From Gemmatales bacterium (GTDB taxonomy: Bacteria > Planctomycetota > Planctomycetia > Gemmatales > HRBIN36): a stretch of DNA of 64,000 nucleotides. The notes below the pieces were generated by a model. That model searched no databases. It saw nothing but the letters and a program-made list of their open reading frames with translations, and had not been told where the DNA came from. Below are positions 28,341-38,689 of the stretch, piece after piece; position 1 is the first letter of the stretch; the number at the start of each line of letters is the position of its first letter. A program made the translations under genes and the position numbers. Location of the stretch: the NCBI GenBank assembly GCA_025060195.1, contig JANXCQ010000014.1:13829-77828 (forward strand), written 5' to 3'.

Positions 28341-30380
28341 TTACGCTGACTCACGTTCCAAGGCGTAAAGATGACCGTCATCGGAACCGAAGTATAGCGT
28401 TTCACTGACCAGGATGGGCGAGCCCCACACATTGCCGGCCGAGAACGTCCATAGGACTTTGCCCGTCCAGGAGACTGCGGCCAAGCTCACAGGCTTCTTG
28501 TCGTACTGACCATCCCGCATGGTAACGTAGATGGTGCAAGCTTGACTTCCATGTAAGGGACAAATCAAGGGTTGACAGCCGCCCCAACCATTGCCGAAAT
28601 AGACGCTCCAGAGTTCCTTACCCGTGGCGGCGTCGAGACAGAAGAGTTGGCCGCCACCGTCGGTAAAGCCATAGACACGTCCGCCATAGACCGTGACTGC
28701 CCCCGCAATCAGATGCTTGGCTTGCCGATAGTGCCAAATCACTTCCCCTTTGGCGGCATCAAGGCAATAAACACTGCCCCGATCGGCTCCCATAAAGACA
28801 CGACCGCCGTCAAGAACCGGGTCGGCTAAACAGTGATCCATATGCCGCTCACACAATTGCCGACGCCAAATGGCTTGCCCGGTCTTAGCATCGAAGCAAT
28901 ATAAGAAACCGTCTGTCGCTCCGATGTAGACGCGACCGTGAGATTCGTCCACCGCAGGCCCACTACGATGCACCAGCCCGCCGAGTAACTGTTTCCATAT
29001 TAACTTTCCGCTATCCAGTTCCACACAGTATAGATGTCCGTCCCATGCTCCGAAAAAAACGCGCCCCTCAACGATGGCCGGACTGCTGTCCACACCTCGC
29101 GTGACGTCGTTATAGCCCTTTGTCCCGGGTAACCGAGGTCCCGTGGCGAACTGCCAGAGTAACTTGCCACTTATGGCATCCACGCAGTAAACATTGCCGT
29201 CAAAACTACCGAAGACGATCCGATTGTCGCGAGCGGCAGGCGTGCATTCGACGTACGATTGACACTGAAACGTCCACTGCAGTTGTCCCGTGCGAGGGTC
29301 GAGGCAATAAAGCTGACCGTTGTTGTTACCGATATACAGCCGACCGTTGGTTACACACGGGTTGCCCACAAAACCGTCGTCTCGCGGTTTCGGTTTCTCC
29401 CGGGCCGGAAAACGCCAACGCAGCCGCAGCGGAGGCTCCAACGGCCCCTCCGCGAGTGCCAAATGATCGGGGGTCTTGCCGATCATTTCCCAACCACCGC
29501 AGTCGCGCAGCTCCCGAAGCACGGTTAGCGTCAACGGCCGAGGCATACCTTGATCGGTTCCATGGACTAACTCGCCCCGCGGATTGACTACCACAACGAT
29601 GTCCAGCTGCCAAGGCGGTGTCTTGTCTAAGGCGGGAACAAGTAAGTAACCACGACCTTGACGCGGCAACTGGCCATACTTGGCCAATATAGCTTGACTG
29701 CGCTCCGTCAGGCCCGCATGAGCAATCTGCTGCAACGCGTCGTTGGAAAAGAGCAAATACCAGGGGGCTGGTTTGCCCACATAATGTCTCGCGATCCAAG
29801 AATTGTCTGCCGCGTCGCCCCAGGAATGGAACCAATTGTTGATGTACCAAGGTATCCACTGCCCCTTACCTTCCTTTTCCACCCATACCTCGACAATGAG
29901 CGCGGTCATAGTCCGCTGGAGATCAAGGACCAGTTTCTGAAACACGGGCGGCAAGCGATCCACGGTGTTTTTGAGTCCCACAATCCGCACGCGGGGCTTG
30001 GAACTCAGTAAGGTGCCGCTCACGGCTTCGGTGTAGGTGGGCCCGAGGCGCCATGAATACCAAGGCGTCGGCTCTCGCGAAATCACCAGCCAATCTCCGT
30101 GTTCCTTACTCTGCAGGTGAAATGCGAAGTCATCGCAGGTGTAGCGGTCGCGCCAGTACCGAAACAGGCGAAAGTCGCGTATCTCACCGACACAATAGAC
30201 GTAGCGTTTCGCTGGCCCCGGTTGGTAAGCACGGATGGCCTCGATAGGCTCAGAATCAGGTGGTAGCTGGTTCTTCGCCTCAGCGCTCCAACTAACGTCA
30301 TGCGGCAGTAGCAGAGGACTTGCCAAACTCCACCCGAGAAACTTTCGACGTGTGCAGAAAAAGTTAATCCATTCTGCCAT
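28341..30380 (-). CDS. PQQ-like beta-propeller repeat protein with ~330-aa N-terminal domain of unknown function
   Basis: The signal resembles Tat (RRKFLGWSL). The C-terminal half has repeated ..G.LYC.D..TG...W.. blades (GQLYCLDPRTGQLQW, GNVYCVDAISGKLLW, GHLYCVELDSGKLIW, GFLYCFDAKTGQAIW, GSVYCLDAAKGEVIW, GQLFCLDAATGKELW). Confidence 0.8.
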   Translation of the reverse strand: MAEWINFFCTRRKFLGWSLASPLLLPHDVSWSAEAKNQLPPDSEPIEAIRAYQPGPAKRYVYCVGEIRDFRLFRYWRDRYTCDDFAFHLQSKEHGDWLVISREPTPWYSWRLGPTYTEAVSGTLLSSKPRVRIVGLKNTVDRLPPVFQKLVLDLQRTMTALIVEVWVEKEGKGQWIPWYINNWFHSWGDAADNSWIARHYVGKPAPWYLLFSNDALQQIAHAGLTERSQAILAKYGQLPRQGRGYLLVPALDKTPPWQLDIVVVVNPRGELVHGTDQGMPRPLTLTVLRELRDCGGWEMIGKTPDHLALAEGPLEPPLRLRWRFPAREKPKPRDDGFVGNPCVTNGRLYIGNNNGQLYCLDPRTGQLQWTFQCQSYVECTPAARDNRIVFGSFDGNVYCVDAISGKLLWQFATGPRLPGTKGYNDVTRGVDSSPAIVEGRVFFGAWDGHLYCVELDSGKLIWKQLLGGLVHRSGPAVDESHGRVYIGATDGFLYCFDAKTGQAIWRRQLCERHMDHCLADPVLDGGRVFMGADRGSVYCLDAAKGEVIWHYRQAKHLIAGAVTVYGGRVYGFTDGGGQLFCLDAATGKELWSVYFGNGWGGCQPLICPLHGSQACTIYVTMRDGQYDKKPVSLAAVSWTGKVLWTFSAGNVWGSPILVSETLYFGSDDGHLYALERESA

Positions 30381-30486
30381 GTTAGCACCTCCTATTCATA
30401 CTCATAGTGTGGCGTTCATGCATTGAAGCGCGTTGGGCGCGCCTCGACCGCGGTGCACGCCCATTTGCCGAGCTTAGGTATCGCGC

Positions 30487-31797
30487 TCACGCCCCAGCCA
30501 ACATGGGCAGAACATAAGGGCCTTTGGGGATGACAGCTACTTTGGCGTTCGGGCCATATTCCCGCAGGGCGTCCGCTACGGCGGATTCAACGGACGGCGC
30601 TGGCTCAACGTAACACTGCCGCAATACCTCAGCAGGTAAGCCGTCGGTCACCACCTTCACCCGACAGCGCTCCAACACCTTGGCCAATTCCTCTAGTTGC
30701 CATTGGTCCATCACGAAATAATCACGCCCCAAAATACGCTTTTTAAACTCCCGAATATCAGGATTTTCGCAAATCAGGCGCCAAAACTCAGGACTACCGA
30801 CACCTTCACTTAGGCTGGCCGCCAGGATGATCGTTCCGCCGCGCTTGACGATGGGCAAGGCACCTGTCAGCCCCTTGATCGCCTGATACCAGGTCGCATC
30901 CAAGGGATAGCCTGCGGCGGTGGTAACAACAATGTCCACAGGCTCAGGCACCGTCGCGCGTACGACGTTCTCACAAAAACGAACGCCTTCCCGCCACGCC
31001 AGTTCCAGGTCGCCAGCGCCGACCCAGGTAATCCGCCGCTGGCCATCAATGCACACGTTCACGATGAAGTCGCACCCTGCCAGCCGCGCTATGGCCAGAG
31101 CCTCTTCATGGACAGGATTACCTTCCAGTATGCCGCAATCGGCTCGCTCATGCTCCAGGAAGTCTGGCCCATGCCAGAACTTTAGCGTTTCCAAGGCGAC
31201 TAAGCCTGGACAGATTACCTTCCGTCCCCCTGAGTAGCCGGCCATCAGGTGTGGCTCGATCAGCCCCGTGGTGATTTTGAGGTCTGCCTCCACATATCGG
31301 CGATCTACGTAAACAGGCACGCCGCGGGGCGAATAGCCTAAAAAGGCATGTTCGTGCAAACGCTTGCCATAATGATTCTCCACGCGATAGTCGCGTAGAA
31401 TTTCGGGGCCTAACATTTCCTCTAACTCAGCGCCCCAGTTAGGACGGTGCAGCCCCGTGGCCACCAAAATCAATATGCGCTGCCGCGCGATCCCCTGCTG
31501 TTCGAGCGTACGTAATATGGGCGGCAAGATCACGCGGTTCGGCACGGGACGTGTGATGTCGCACACAACAATGCAAGCGCTCCTCCGACCGCGCGCTACC
31601 GCTGATAAAGGTGGTGTGCCCAGGGGTTGTTCGAGGGCACTTTCGATGGCCGAGCTTGGATCTGCTAACGGTTCCGCAGGCCGAATGTCCAGTGGCCCCC
31701 AAGTGTGGTCGGGCAGTTCTACTTCCAAGCCGGTTCGACCGTAATCTAAGCGGACCTTCATAGGCTTGCCCGTCACTGGTTTCCTAATTTCCCGCAT
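30487..31797 (-). CDS. nickel-dependent lactate racemase (LarA) family protein
   Basis: [18 protein letters not shown]..., ...[10 protein letters not shown]..., ..LVATGLHRP.., ..GYSGG.K and the size (~425 aa) fit the LarA/DUF2088 family. The ATG at 31761 (MKVRL..) may be the true start. Confidence 0.8.
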   Translation of the reverse strand: MREIRKPVTGKPMKVRLDYGRTGLEVELPDHTWGPLDIRPAEPLADPSSAIESALEQPLGTPPLSAVARGRRSACIVVCDITRPVPNRVILPPILRTLEQQGIARQRILILVATGLHRPNWGAELEEMLGPEILRDYRVENHYGKRLHEHAFLGYSPRGVPVYVDRRYVEADLKITTGLIEPHLMAGYSGGRKVICPGLVALETLKFWHGPDFLEHERADCGILEGNPVHEEALAIARLAGCDFIVNVCIDGQRRITWVGAGDLELAWREGVRFCENVVRATVPEPVDIVVTTAAGYPLDATWYQAIKGLTGALPIVKRGGTIILAASLSEGVGSPEFWRLICENPDIREFKKRILGRDYFVMDQWQLEELAKVLERCRVKVVTDGLPAEVLRQCYVEPAPSVESAVADALREYGPNAKVAVIPKGPYVLPMLAGA

Positions 31798-32200
31798 ATT
31801 TTACTAACTTTGCTACGAGCTCAAAAGCGAACGCTGCGCTTAGTGGACTTCCTGCTGCACTCCTTCTTGTCAATGGCTCTTAGAAGCTATGCGGGCTTTG
31901 CTTACAGGATTGGGCGACAGTGCAAAACGTGTTTCATGACCGGATATAACGGCCGTTTTGGGAGCGATAGGTTTCGCTGATTGCGGAAATTTTGCTTGAC
32001 GTTGGCGGTCGAATTCACTTAATGAACGCGAAAGGCTATGGCGACTCCTAAATGTACGCTGGCGGCAGTCGTGGTGTTGGCATCATCTGTGGACAATAAC
32101 GTGCTGGGAGAACACCGTCCTGCGGCCAGCGACTCACCACTCTCTCTTTCGAGGCCTCGGCTACTAGCCCGACGCTGCATCGAAAAAGCAAGGAAAAGGG

Positions 32201-32219
32201 ACACCTCTCGGAGAGGTGT
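32201..32219. promoter_or_regulatory. perfect 9-1-9 inverted repeat ACACCTCTC-G-GAGAGGTGT
   Basis: Seen directly in the sequence, 46 nt upstream of the ATG at 32265. It could be an operator or a small RNA hairpin. Confidence 0.3.
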
Positions 32220-32264
32220 TTGTAAGAAATGCTTTTTGACGCAGACCGAGGAGAGGAGCACACC

Positions 32265-32591
32265 ATGAGGATGCTTCGCTACGTCCTGATCACGGCAGTA
32301 GGAGCGGTGTGTCTGATGTTGGGCGCAGGTGTCGCCCAGGAAAAGCCAACGGGCCGTTTGCCTCCTGGCTTCGGCAAACTGGGCCTGAGCGAGGAGCAAA
32401 AGCAAAAAATCTACAAAATCCAGGCCGAATATGAAGCGAAGATTCAGGCACTGCGGGCGCAAATCAAGAAACTGGAGGAAGAAGAACGCGTCCAGATTTT
32501 CAGCGTGTTGACGCCACAACAAAAAGAATTATACCTCAAACTGCGCGGCATCCCCGAGGTTAAGCCCAACGAGAGTAAATCGGAGAAGTAG
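32265..32591 (+). CDS. periplasmic Spy/CpxP-like (LTXXQ-motif) small protein
   Basis: ATG 32265 behind GGAGAGGAG. Signal peptide, then a helical K/E/Q-rich body with LSEEQ and LTPQQ motifs. Confidence 0.55.
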   Translation: MRMLRYVLITAVGAVCLMLGAGVAQEKPTGRLPPGFGKLGLSEEQKQKIYKIQAEYEAKIQALRAQIKKLEEEERVQIFSVLTPQQKELYLKLRGIPEVKPNESKSEK

Positions 32592-33022
32592 CGACTACAG
32601 CAATTGGGGCTGCCTCCGAAGAGTGCTAAGAATTGTGCTAGATCACCACTTATTGCATTGACTGCTTGCATAAAAATCCCCAACTTCCGGATTAATGGCG
32701 GCTGTGTCAAGCGTCCCACTTGTTCTCGGAGCTGCCTCAATTGGAATTGCGATGCTGCGCTCGTAGTTCAAGCCGTGGTTAGATTCTTACACCTCTGGGA
32801 CATGTGTTATCGCGGCATGCGATCTCTGCCCTCGATTTGATGACGGCTAACCAGACTAGAGCCCGGATTATAGCGTCTAGACGTGGTGATTCGCGTAACT
32901 TCCAGGATCGAGTTTGTAAGTTGACATCGTTTGGGGCAAAGATTTAGATGAACGAGATCAAACATGCTAGAGCAACGCGGAATGAAAGTACTCATACTCT
33001 GTCAGCCTAGCGAGGAATTAGC

Positions 33023-34333
33023 ATGGACGAGTATCGCCGACATTATTTGATTCCCTGGAGCGTGCAGGAACGGGAGGACCCCGTTCTGGTTGTGAGCCGA
33101 GCTGAGGGCGTTTACTTTTATGATCGCGAAGGTCGTCGTTATCTGGACTTTCTTTCGCAGTTGTTTCACTGCCACTTGGGACACGGTCATCCCCGTGTCG
33201 TGCGCGCGCTTCAGGAGCAAGCGGCGAAACTGGCCTGCCTCTCGCCGATTTTCCTTACCCAGGAGCGGGCCGAATTATCCCGCCGACTGGCTGCGAAGCT
33301 GCCTGGGGACTTGAACCGAGTTTTCTACGTCAATAGCGGTAGTGAAGCGGACGACATCGCGTTTACTTTGGCTCGGCTTATCACGAAACGGCCGAAGATT
33401 TTTGCGAAATATCGCAGTTATCACGGCACCACGTATAGCACATTAGGAGTGGCCGGCGACCCGCGCCGCATAGCCGTGGAACCCGGTCCGCCTGGGTGTG
33501 TGCGTTTTTACGACCCGTATTGTTACCGTTGCGATTTCGATAAAACTTACCCCGACTGTAATTTGTTCTGTGCCGACGCCTTGGAACGGCAATTACAGAT
33601 GGAAAATCCGGCCACGGTAGCGGCCATCGTAGTCGAACCGTTTACGGGCGCGGCCGGAGGATTCCCTGTGCCGGATGGTTATCTGCGACGCTTACGGGAG
33701 ATTTGCGACCGCTATGGTATCTTGTTGATCGCCGACGAGGTGATCACGGGTTTTGGACGCACGGGGGCGTGGTTCGGTGTGGATCACGAAGGTGTGGTGC
33801 CCGATCTGATGGTGCTAGCCAAGGGCCTCACAGCTGGTTACGCCCCGCTCGGCGCCGTGGCGCTGCGTGAGCCGCTGGCGCGGGAATGGGAATCACGTAT
33901 GTTACCGTTAGGCAGCACATTCGCACCGCATCCGTTGGCCTGCGCCGCAGCGTTGGCCTGCTTGCAGGAGTACGAAGAGCGCCGACTGGTGGAGCATGCC
34001 CGCGCTTTGGGGGAGATTTTGGCCCAGCAATTACGCGATTTGGCACGTCGGCATCGGTGTGTCGGCGACGTCCGTTCTAAAGGCTTGCTCGCCTGTCTGG
34101 AATTGGTGAGTGATCCCGTACGTAAGACGCCGCTGGTGCCGCCAAATACCGATTCGCTGCTCCCGTTGCAGATTCGCCGACAGGCTTGGCAGGAGGGAAT
34201 ACACGTGTTTGTCCGGAACCACCTGATTTTGCTGGCGCCGCCGCTGATTATCGAACCAGCACACATCGAAGAAGCGATGTCTAAGCTGGATCGTGTTCTC
34301 GCCTGGGTGGACGAACAATTGCCGCTCGGCTAA
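33023..34333 (+). CDS. class-III (omega/acetylornithine-type) PLP aminotransferase
   Basis: NSGSEADD, LLIADEVITGFGRTGAWFG, DLMVLAKGLTAGYAPLGA (PLP lysine); 436 aa. Confidence 0.9.
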   Translation: MDEYRRHYLIPWSVQEREDPVLVVSRAEGVYFYDREGRRYLDFLSQLFHCHLGHGHPRVVRALQEQAAKLACLSPIFLTQERAELSRRLAAKLPGDLNRVFYVNSGSEADDIAFTLARLITKRPKIFAKYRSYHGTTYSTLGVAGDPRRIAVEPGPPGCVRFYDPYCYRCDFDKTYPDCNLFCADALERQLQMENPATVAAIVVEPFTGAAGGFPVPDGYLRRLREICDRYGILLIADEVITGFGRTGAWFGVDHEGVVPDLMVLAKGLTAGYAPLGAVALREPLAREWESRMLPLGSTFAPHPLACAAALACLQEYEERRLVEHARALGEILAQQLRDLARRHRCVGDVRSKGLLACLELVSDPVRKTPLVPPNTDSLLPLQIRRQAWQEGIHVFVRNHLILLAPPLIIEPAHIEEAMSKLDRVLAWVDEQLPLG

Positions 34334-34358
34334 CCGCTGGATCATGGGATGAATCTTC

Positions 34359-35264
34359 ATGAGTGTTCGGTTGGCGCAAATCAGCGATCTTCATCTCCCT
34401 CTCTGGCCCAGTCGGTGGCGCCAACAGGACTATTACCTTAAGCGTTTGGCCGGTTGGTTGAACATGCGTTGGCTTCTCCGCAGTGCTAACTTCAGGCTGG
34501 CGGCAAGGGTGACCCACGCCCTGGTACGGGATATTCAGTTGCGTCGGCCCGATGCTGTGGTGCTCTGCGGCGACGTGGCTTGTCTCGGCTTTGAGGAGGA
34601 ATTTGCCGCGGCCACGAGATTACTCCGGCCGTTATTAGAAAACTTCCCGGGCGTAGCAGTGCCTGGGAATCATGACCATTATGTGGCTGACTCGGTGAAC
34701 CGAGGTGGGTTCGAGCAACATTTCGCCCTGTGGCAGCGTGGCGTGCGCCTGGAAGGGGCCACATATCCGTTCGCGCTTCCGCTGAACAACCTAGCGCTCG
34801 TGGCGGTGAATTCCGCCCGACCTTCGACCTGGCCCTGGGACACCCGAGGCGAAGTCGGTGCTCATCAACTGAAACGCTTGCAAGACCTCCTCGCTTGTCC
34901 CGTGGTGCACAATCGTCGGTGCGTGCTAATCACGCACTATCCGCTCCTGCTAGCCGATGGTCGTCCCGAGACTCGCTGGCGCCGTCTCGTGGACGCGGAA
35001 GCGTTGGCCGAGGTGTTAGCACGCCATCTGGTCGCCGCTTGGTTGCATGGTCATCGGCATCATCCTTACAGTCATCCTCCCGACCTCCACCGTAGCTTTG
35101 CACTATTGTGCTGTGGTAGCGCCACGCAGCGTCGGGTTTGGAGCTATTTGGAGCTGGAATGGCAGGAGCACCATGTCGCGGTTCGCCGACGCTGTTATTG
35201 GCTCGCTACCGATGAATTCGTGGAAGTTGATGAGACGGTTATCCAGCTGGCCGAAGGTCTTTGA
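34359..35264 (+). CDS. metallophosphoesterase
   Basis: Calcineurin-like motifs are in order: ISDLH, GDVACLG, GNHDHY, ITHYPL, HGHRH. Confidence 0.8.
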   Translation: MSVRLAQISDLHLPLWPSRWRQQDYYLKRLAGWLNMRWLLRSANFRLAARVTHALVRDIQLRRPDAVVLCGDVACLGFEEEFAAATRLLRPLLENFPGVAVPGNHDHYVADSVNRGGFEQHFALWQRGVRLEGATYPFALPLNNLALVAVNSARPSTWPWDTRGEVGAHQLKRLQDLLACPVVHNRRCVLITHYPLLLADGRPETRWRRLVDAEALAEVLARHLVAAWLHGHRHHPYSHPPDLHRSFALLCCGSATQRRVWSYLELEWQEHHVAVRRRCYWLATDEFVEVDETVIQLAEGL

Positions 35265-35350
35265 GGACATCAGATGGCACGGTTTGCTGCAAACTCGCAG
35301 TCGGCGGATAGCTCGTCCTGGGCCATGAAATTCGGGCTTTCGCGTACGTC

Positions 35351-36508
35351 TCAAACCGTCAATTTGCTACCGACGAGTTGACTCAAGGCTTGACACAACG
35401 CGTCGATATCAGCGTAACTGTTGAACGGCCCGACGCTGACTCGCACCGTGCCTTCGGGAAATGTGCCGAGAGCGCGGTGAATATAAGGTGCGCAATGCAA
35501 GCCGGGTCGCACTGCGATGTCGAAGCAGCTGTCGAGAATGGCAGCGACGTCGCTTGCGGGCAGACCTTCCACGCGAAAACTTAAGGTGGCGACCCGACGC
35601 CGGGAGTCATCGTGACCGAACACTTCAAAACCATCCCGCTCCCATAACCACTGTCGCAACCGCTCGATGAGCCGCATTTCATGCTCGTGAATGGCCGCCT
35701 GACCCCGTTCCAGCACGTAGCGAATCCCCGCAGCCAGTCCCGCGACGCCGACTACGTTCGGTGTGCCGCCTTCGAGGTAGTAGGGCAGCTCTCGCGGTTG
35801 CGTGGGGCTGGCAGAATCGCCACCAGTCCCACCTTCCCGCCATGGCCGCAGTTGCACACGACTGCCTACGTATAGCCCGCCGGTTCCCGTGGGACCGAGC
35901 AGACTTTTATGTCCCGGAAAGGCAAGTAGATCGATGCCCCAGCCTCGAATGTCAATCGGTATCACGCCCGCGGTCTGGGCGGCATCGACGAGAAAAAGCA
36001 TGTCATGTTCCCGGGCAATCTGTCCCACTTCGCGAATCGGCTGGACTGTGCCCAAGACGTTGCTGGCATGGGTCAGCACGATGAGCCGTGTTTTGCTCGT
36101 GATAGCTTGGCCGATAGCATCAGGATCCACAGTCCCGCCAGCATCAGCGGGGACGCGGGTCAAGCTGATATAGCCCGTTTGGGCCAGTGCCTGTAACGGT
36201 CGGCTCACGCTGTTGTGTTCCAAGTTGGACGTGACAACATGATCGCCTTCGCGCAGCACCCCCTTGATCGCCATGTTCAGTGCGTCGGTGCAGTTCAACG
36301 TGAAAATGAAGCGCTCCGGCCCTTCGCCGTTGAACAACTGATTGAGCAAGTGCCGGGTATCATCCAGCATCCGTTCCGAGGCCAGGGCCATACGATGCCC
36401 TGCACGACCCGGATTAGCTAACTGGGTCCGGGCAAATTCATCCATCGCCCGATACACCGACTCAGGCTTCGGAAACGTCGTTGCTGCATTGTCTAAGTAG
36501 ATCGTCAT
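35351..36508 (-). CDS. cysteine desulfurase family protein (class-V aminotransferase fold)
   Basis: IYLDNAATTFP, LTHASNVLG, FPGHKSLLGPTGTGGLYV (PLP lysine), RPGLHCAPY (active-site Cys). Confidence 0.85.
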   Translation of the reverse strand: MTIYLDNAATTFPKPESVYRAMDEFARTQLANPGRAGHRMALASERMLDDTRHLLNQLFNGEGPERFIFTLNCTDALNMAIKGVLREGDHVVTSNLEHNSVSRPLQALAQTGYISLTRVPADAGGTVDPDAIGQAITSKTRLIVLTHASNVLGTVQPIREVGQIAREHDMLFLVDAAQTAGVIPIDIRGWGIDLLAFPGHKSLLGPTGTGGLYVGSRVQLRPWREGGTGGDSASPTQPRELPYYLEGGTPNVVGVAGLAAGIRYVLERGQAAIHEHEMRLIERLRQWLWERDGFEVFGHDDSRRRVATLSFRVEGLPASDVAAILDSCFDIAVRPGLHCAPYIHRALGTFPEGTVRVSVGPFNSYADIDALCQALSQLVGSKLTV

Positions 36509-36692
36509 GTTGCTTAGCTCACCCAGCCGCGTCCATCAAGCTTTCTCAATACATGAGGCACATTGCTCAAGTGCACCGGTGAGGCGCTATTTCCCCTTCT
36601 GGGCTTTGTAGTCACGGTGCGAGACGACACCCGATGCTCCACGGGCATTCTGCACTAGGCAATCTAATATGGCAAAACTAGCTCAAGCTATT

Positions 36693-37187
36693 CTAGAATG
36701 TTTTATGAACCGTTCGCCCTTGGTGGACAAAGGCGTGGCATAAAGCACAGGCCAGCGCGTCCGCCACGTCTGCAGGTTCCGGCCTACTTGGTAGCCCTAA
36801 CTCATCCTGAATCACCCGCTGAATTTGTTCCTTAGTAGCATGGCCGCTGCCAGTAATCGTTTTCTTGATTCGCGTCGCAGGGTAGGTAACTATAGGAACC
36901 GCATATCGTGCGGCTGCGGTGAGAATCACGCCTCGCGCATGGGCCATCAGGAGCGCTGTGCGCGGATGAGCGTAGTGGGAATAAAGTTCCTCGATGGCGA
37001 GCACGTCGGGGCTTTGTTCCTGTAGGAGCTCTTGCACACCATCCCATAGTTTGCGTAAGCGACTAGGTAAATCCTGACCTAGTGGGCGAACTACCCCTGC
37101 CTCAATAAGGCGCCATTTACCGTGGCTGAAAGTTATCACGCCATACCCTGTGACTTGTAGGCCCGGATCAATTCCGATGATACGCAC
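36693..37187 (-). CDS. ruvC: crossover junction endodeoxyribonuclease RuvC
   Basis: MRIIGIDPGLQVTGYGVI...AIEELY...GSGHATKEQIQ...DVADALACALCH; 164 aa. Confidence 0.95.
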   Translation of the reverse strand: MRIIGIDPGLQVTGYGVITFSHGKWRLIEAGVVRPLGQDLPSRLRKLWDGVQELLQEQSPDVLAIEELYSHYAHPRTALLMAHARGVILTAAARYAVPIVTYPATRIKKTITGSGHATKEQIQRVIQDELGLPSRPEPADVADALACALCHAFVHQGRTVHKTF

Positions 37188-37325
37188 TTTTATCCTCTCG
37201 GTGAATGGAACAGAAATTCGCTGAAGGCCGCCTTCGTAAAGCGTTAGTACTGTCGGGTCGCGTGCCGCTATCCCGCGCGAGAAGGTCTTAGCCTGATCGG
37301 CTATTGTAGCGTCGCAGGGCCAGAG

Positions 37326-38420
37326 TCAGCGTTGTTGGGAAGGTATGCCACGGTTGAACAACTCGGGGTCGAACGGGTCAAGCGCCGGTTGGCTCTGCGG
37401 CGGCAGGGGTGAGTTCTGTGAGGCATTAGGGAACGTAGCCTGGGAAGTAATCGCACCAGGGCCAAGGGACTGGACCCTTGGCACACTACCTTTGGGGACG
37501 TAAGCAGGGACAGGAGGTGCGACGTAACCATGCGGGGCCATGTTCGTTGGCGGCGCGAATGGGGAGGCAGCAACGGGTGACGTGCCAGTGTTCACCTGAT
37601 GAGGCAACGGGGAAGCTGTCGGATTGGGGGTAGTCTGTGTGCTCGAGCCGACTACTTGACCTGGTAACAAGGGACCGACAGCTCGCAGGCCGCGGCCAAT
37701 TGACATAAGGCTTCGCGGCGCTGAGTTGGAAACAACCATGGGCCCATTCGCAGGGCTAGGAACCTGTACTGGCATTGCCGCTCCACCTTGGGAAGCGGTC
37801 ACGGTATAGTTGGGAGACGCAGGCCCGGTTGAACTGCGCGACATGGTGTCAGGATTTGCGACTTGATGCGGGCTTGGCTCAAGAGTTGTAGCAACACCGG
37901 TTGCCAGCTTCGGAGCAGTTAACTGAGCGGAAGGATCGTGGAACTGGCGGGAACTAACGGCCATTGAGGGAGGCTCCCGGCCTGCGACTGCGAAAACCCA
38001 TTCTTCGAGGACGCGATAAGCGGGGGCTTGTCTGCTGGGCAAGGGGGGACGATTACTGCCTCCATGAGGTTGCAACGCATAGCGGAGCAAGGGGCTTTCT
38101 TCGGGTTTATCAAGGGAGATGAGAGATAACACTCGCTCCAGATTATGTTCCGTCATGAAGGGCGTGAGTTGTCCAGGCTGTGCAGGGGTTTTCAGCGTTA
38201 GCCCAGGGCTTCCAGGACGCCCATGACAGGCTTGGCTACTGCAACAATTGAACACAATCGGCTGGATACGCCGCGTAAAAACCAGGCGAGTCTCCGGGGT
38301 CAAATTGCAAGCAGTTGCCTGCCGTTTGCCGACTTCGGCAGGCGCAAAGCCCCGGCACAAGGCTACCAGCAGCCCCATTAGGACAATGGGCCATGCTGTA
38401 GCAGAAACGGTGCTTCTCAT
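37326..38420 (-). CDS. secreted Pro/Ser/Thr-rich protein with PSCyt-like N-terminal segment
   Basis: Signal peptide, then FTRRIQPIVFNCCSSQACHG, which resembles the Planctomycete cytochrome-C (PSCyt) entry motif but with CX4CH spacing. The C-terminal 230 aa are low-complexity P/S/T/V. Confidence 0.55.
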   Translation of the reverse strand: MRSTVSATAWPIVLMGLLVALCRGFAPAEVGKRQATACNLTPETRLVFTRRIQPIVFNCCSSQACHGRPGSPGLTLKTPAQPGQLTPFMTEHNLERVLSLISLDKPEESPLLRYALQPHGGSNRPPLPSRQAPAYRVLEEWVFAVAGREPPSMAVSSRQFHDPSAQLTAPKLATGVATTLEPSPHQVANPDTMSRSSTGPASPNYTVTASQGGAAMPVQVPSPANGPMVVSNSAPRSLMSIGRGLRAVGPLLPGQVVGSSTQTTPNPTASPLPHQVNTGTSPVAASPFAPPTNMAPHGYVAPPVPAYVPKGSVPRVQSLGPGAITSQATFPNASQNSPLPPQSQPALDPFDPELFNRGIPSQQR

Positions 38421-38689
38421 TTTTCCGTGTCCCGCAGGAGCCTATAGCAAGCTCGAACATAGGAGTCAAGTTTGCTATGAAAGTCCTGAGGGTTCAGAGC
38501 GCTCGTCGATGGTCTGCTTGCCCGGAAAAAATTGTTCAAATCCGTTATGTCCCGTAAAGTTGGAATATTCGACAACCCGTAAGTAGGGGTGAAGGTGCTT
38601 GCTTAGGATTGGTTGTTACGTACAATACTTACGATAAGTTACATTTTTCTTGAAGGGCAGGGGCGAGTCGAAGCAAGGGGGAACACATC

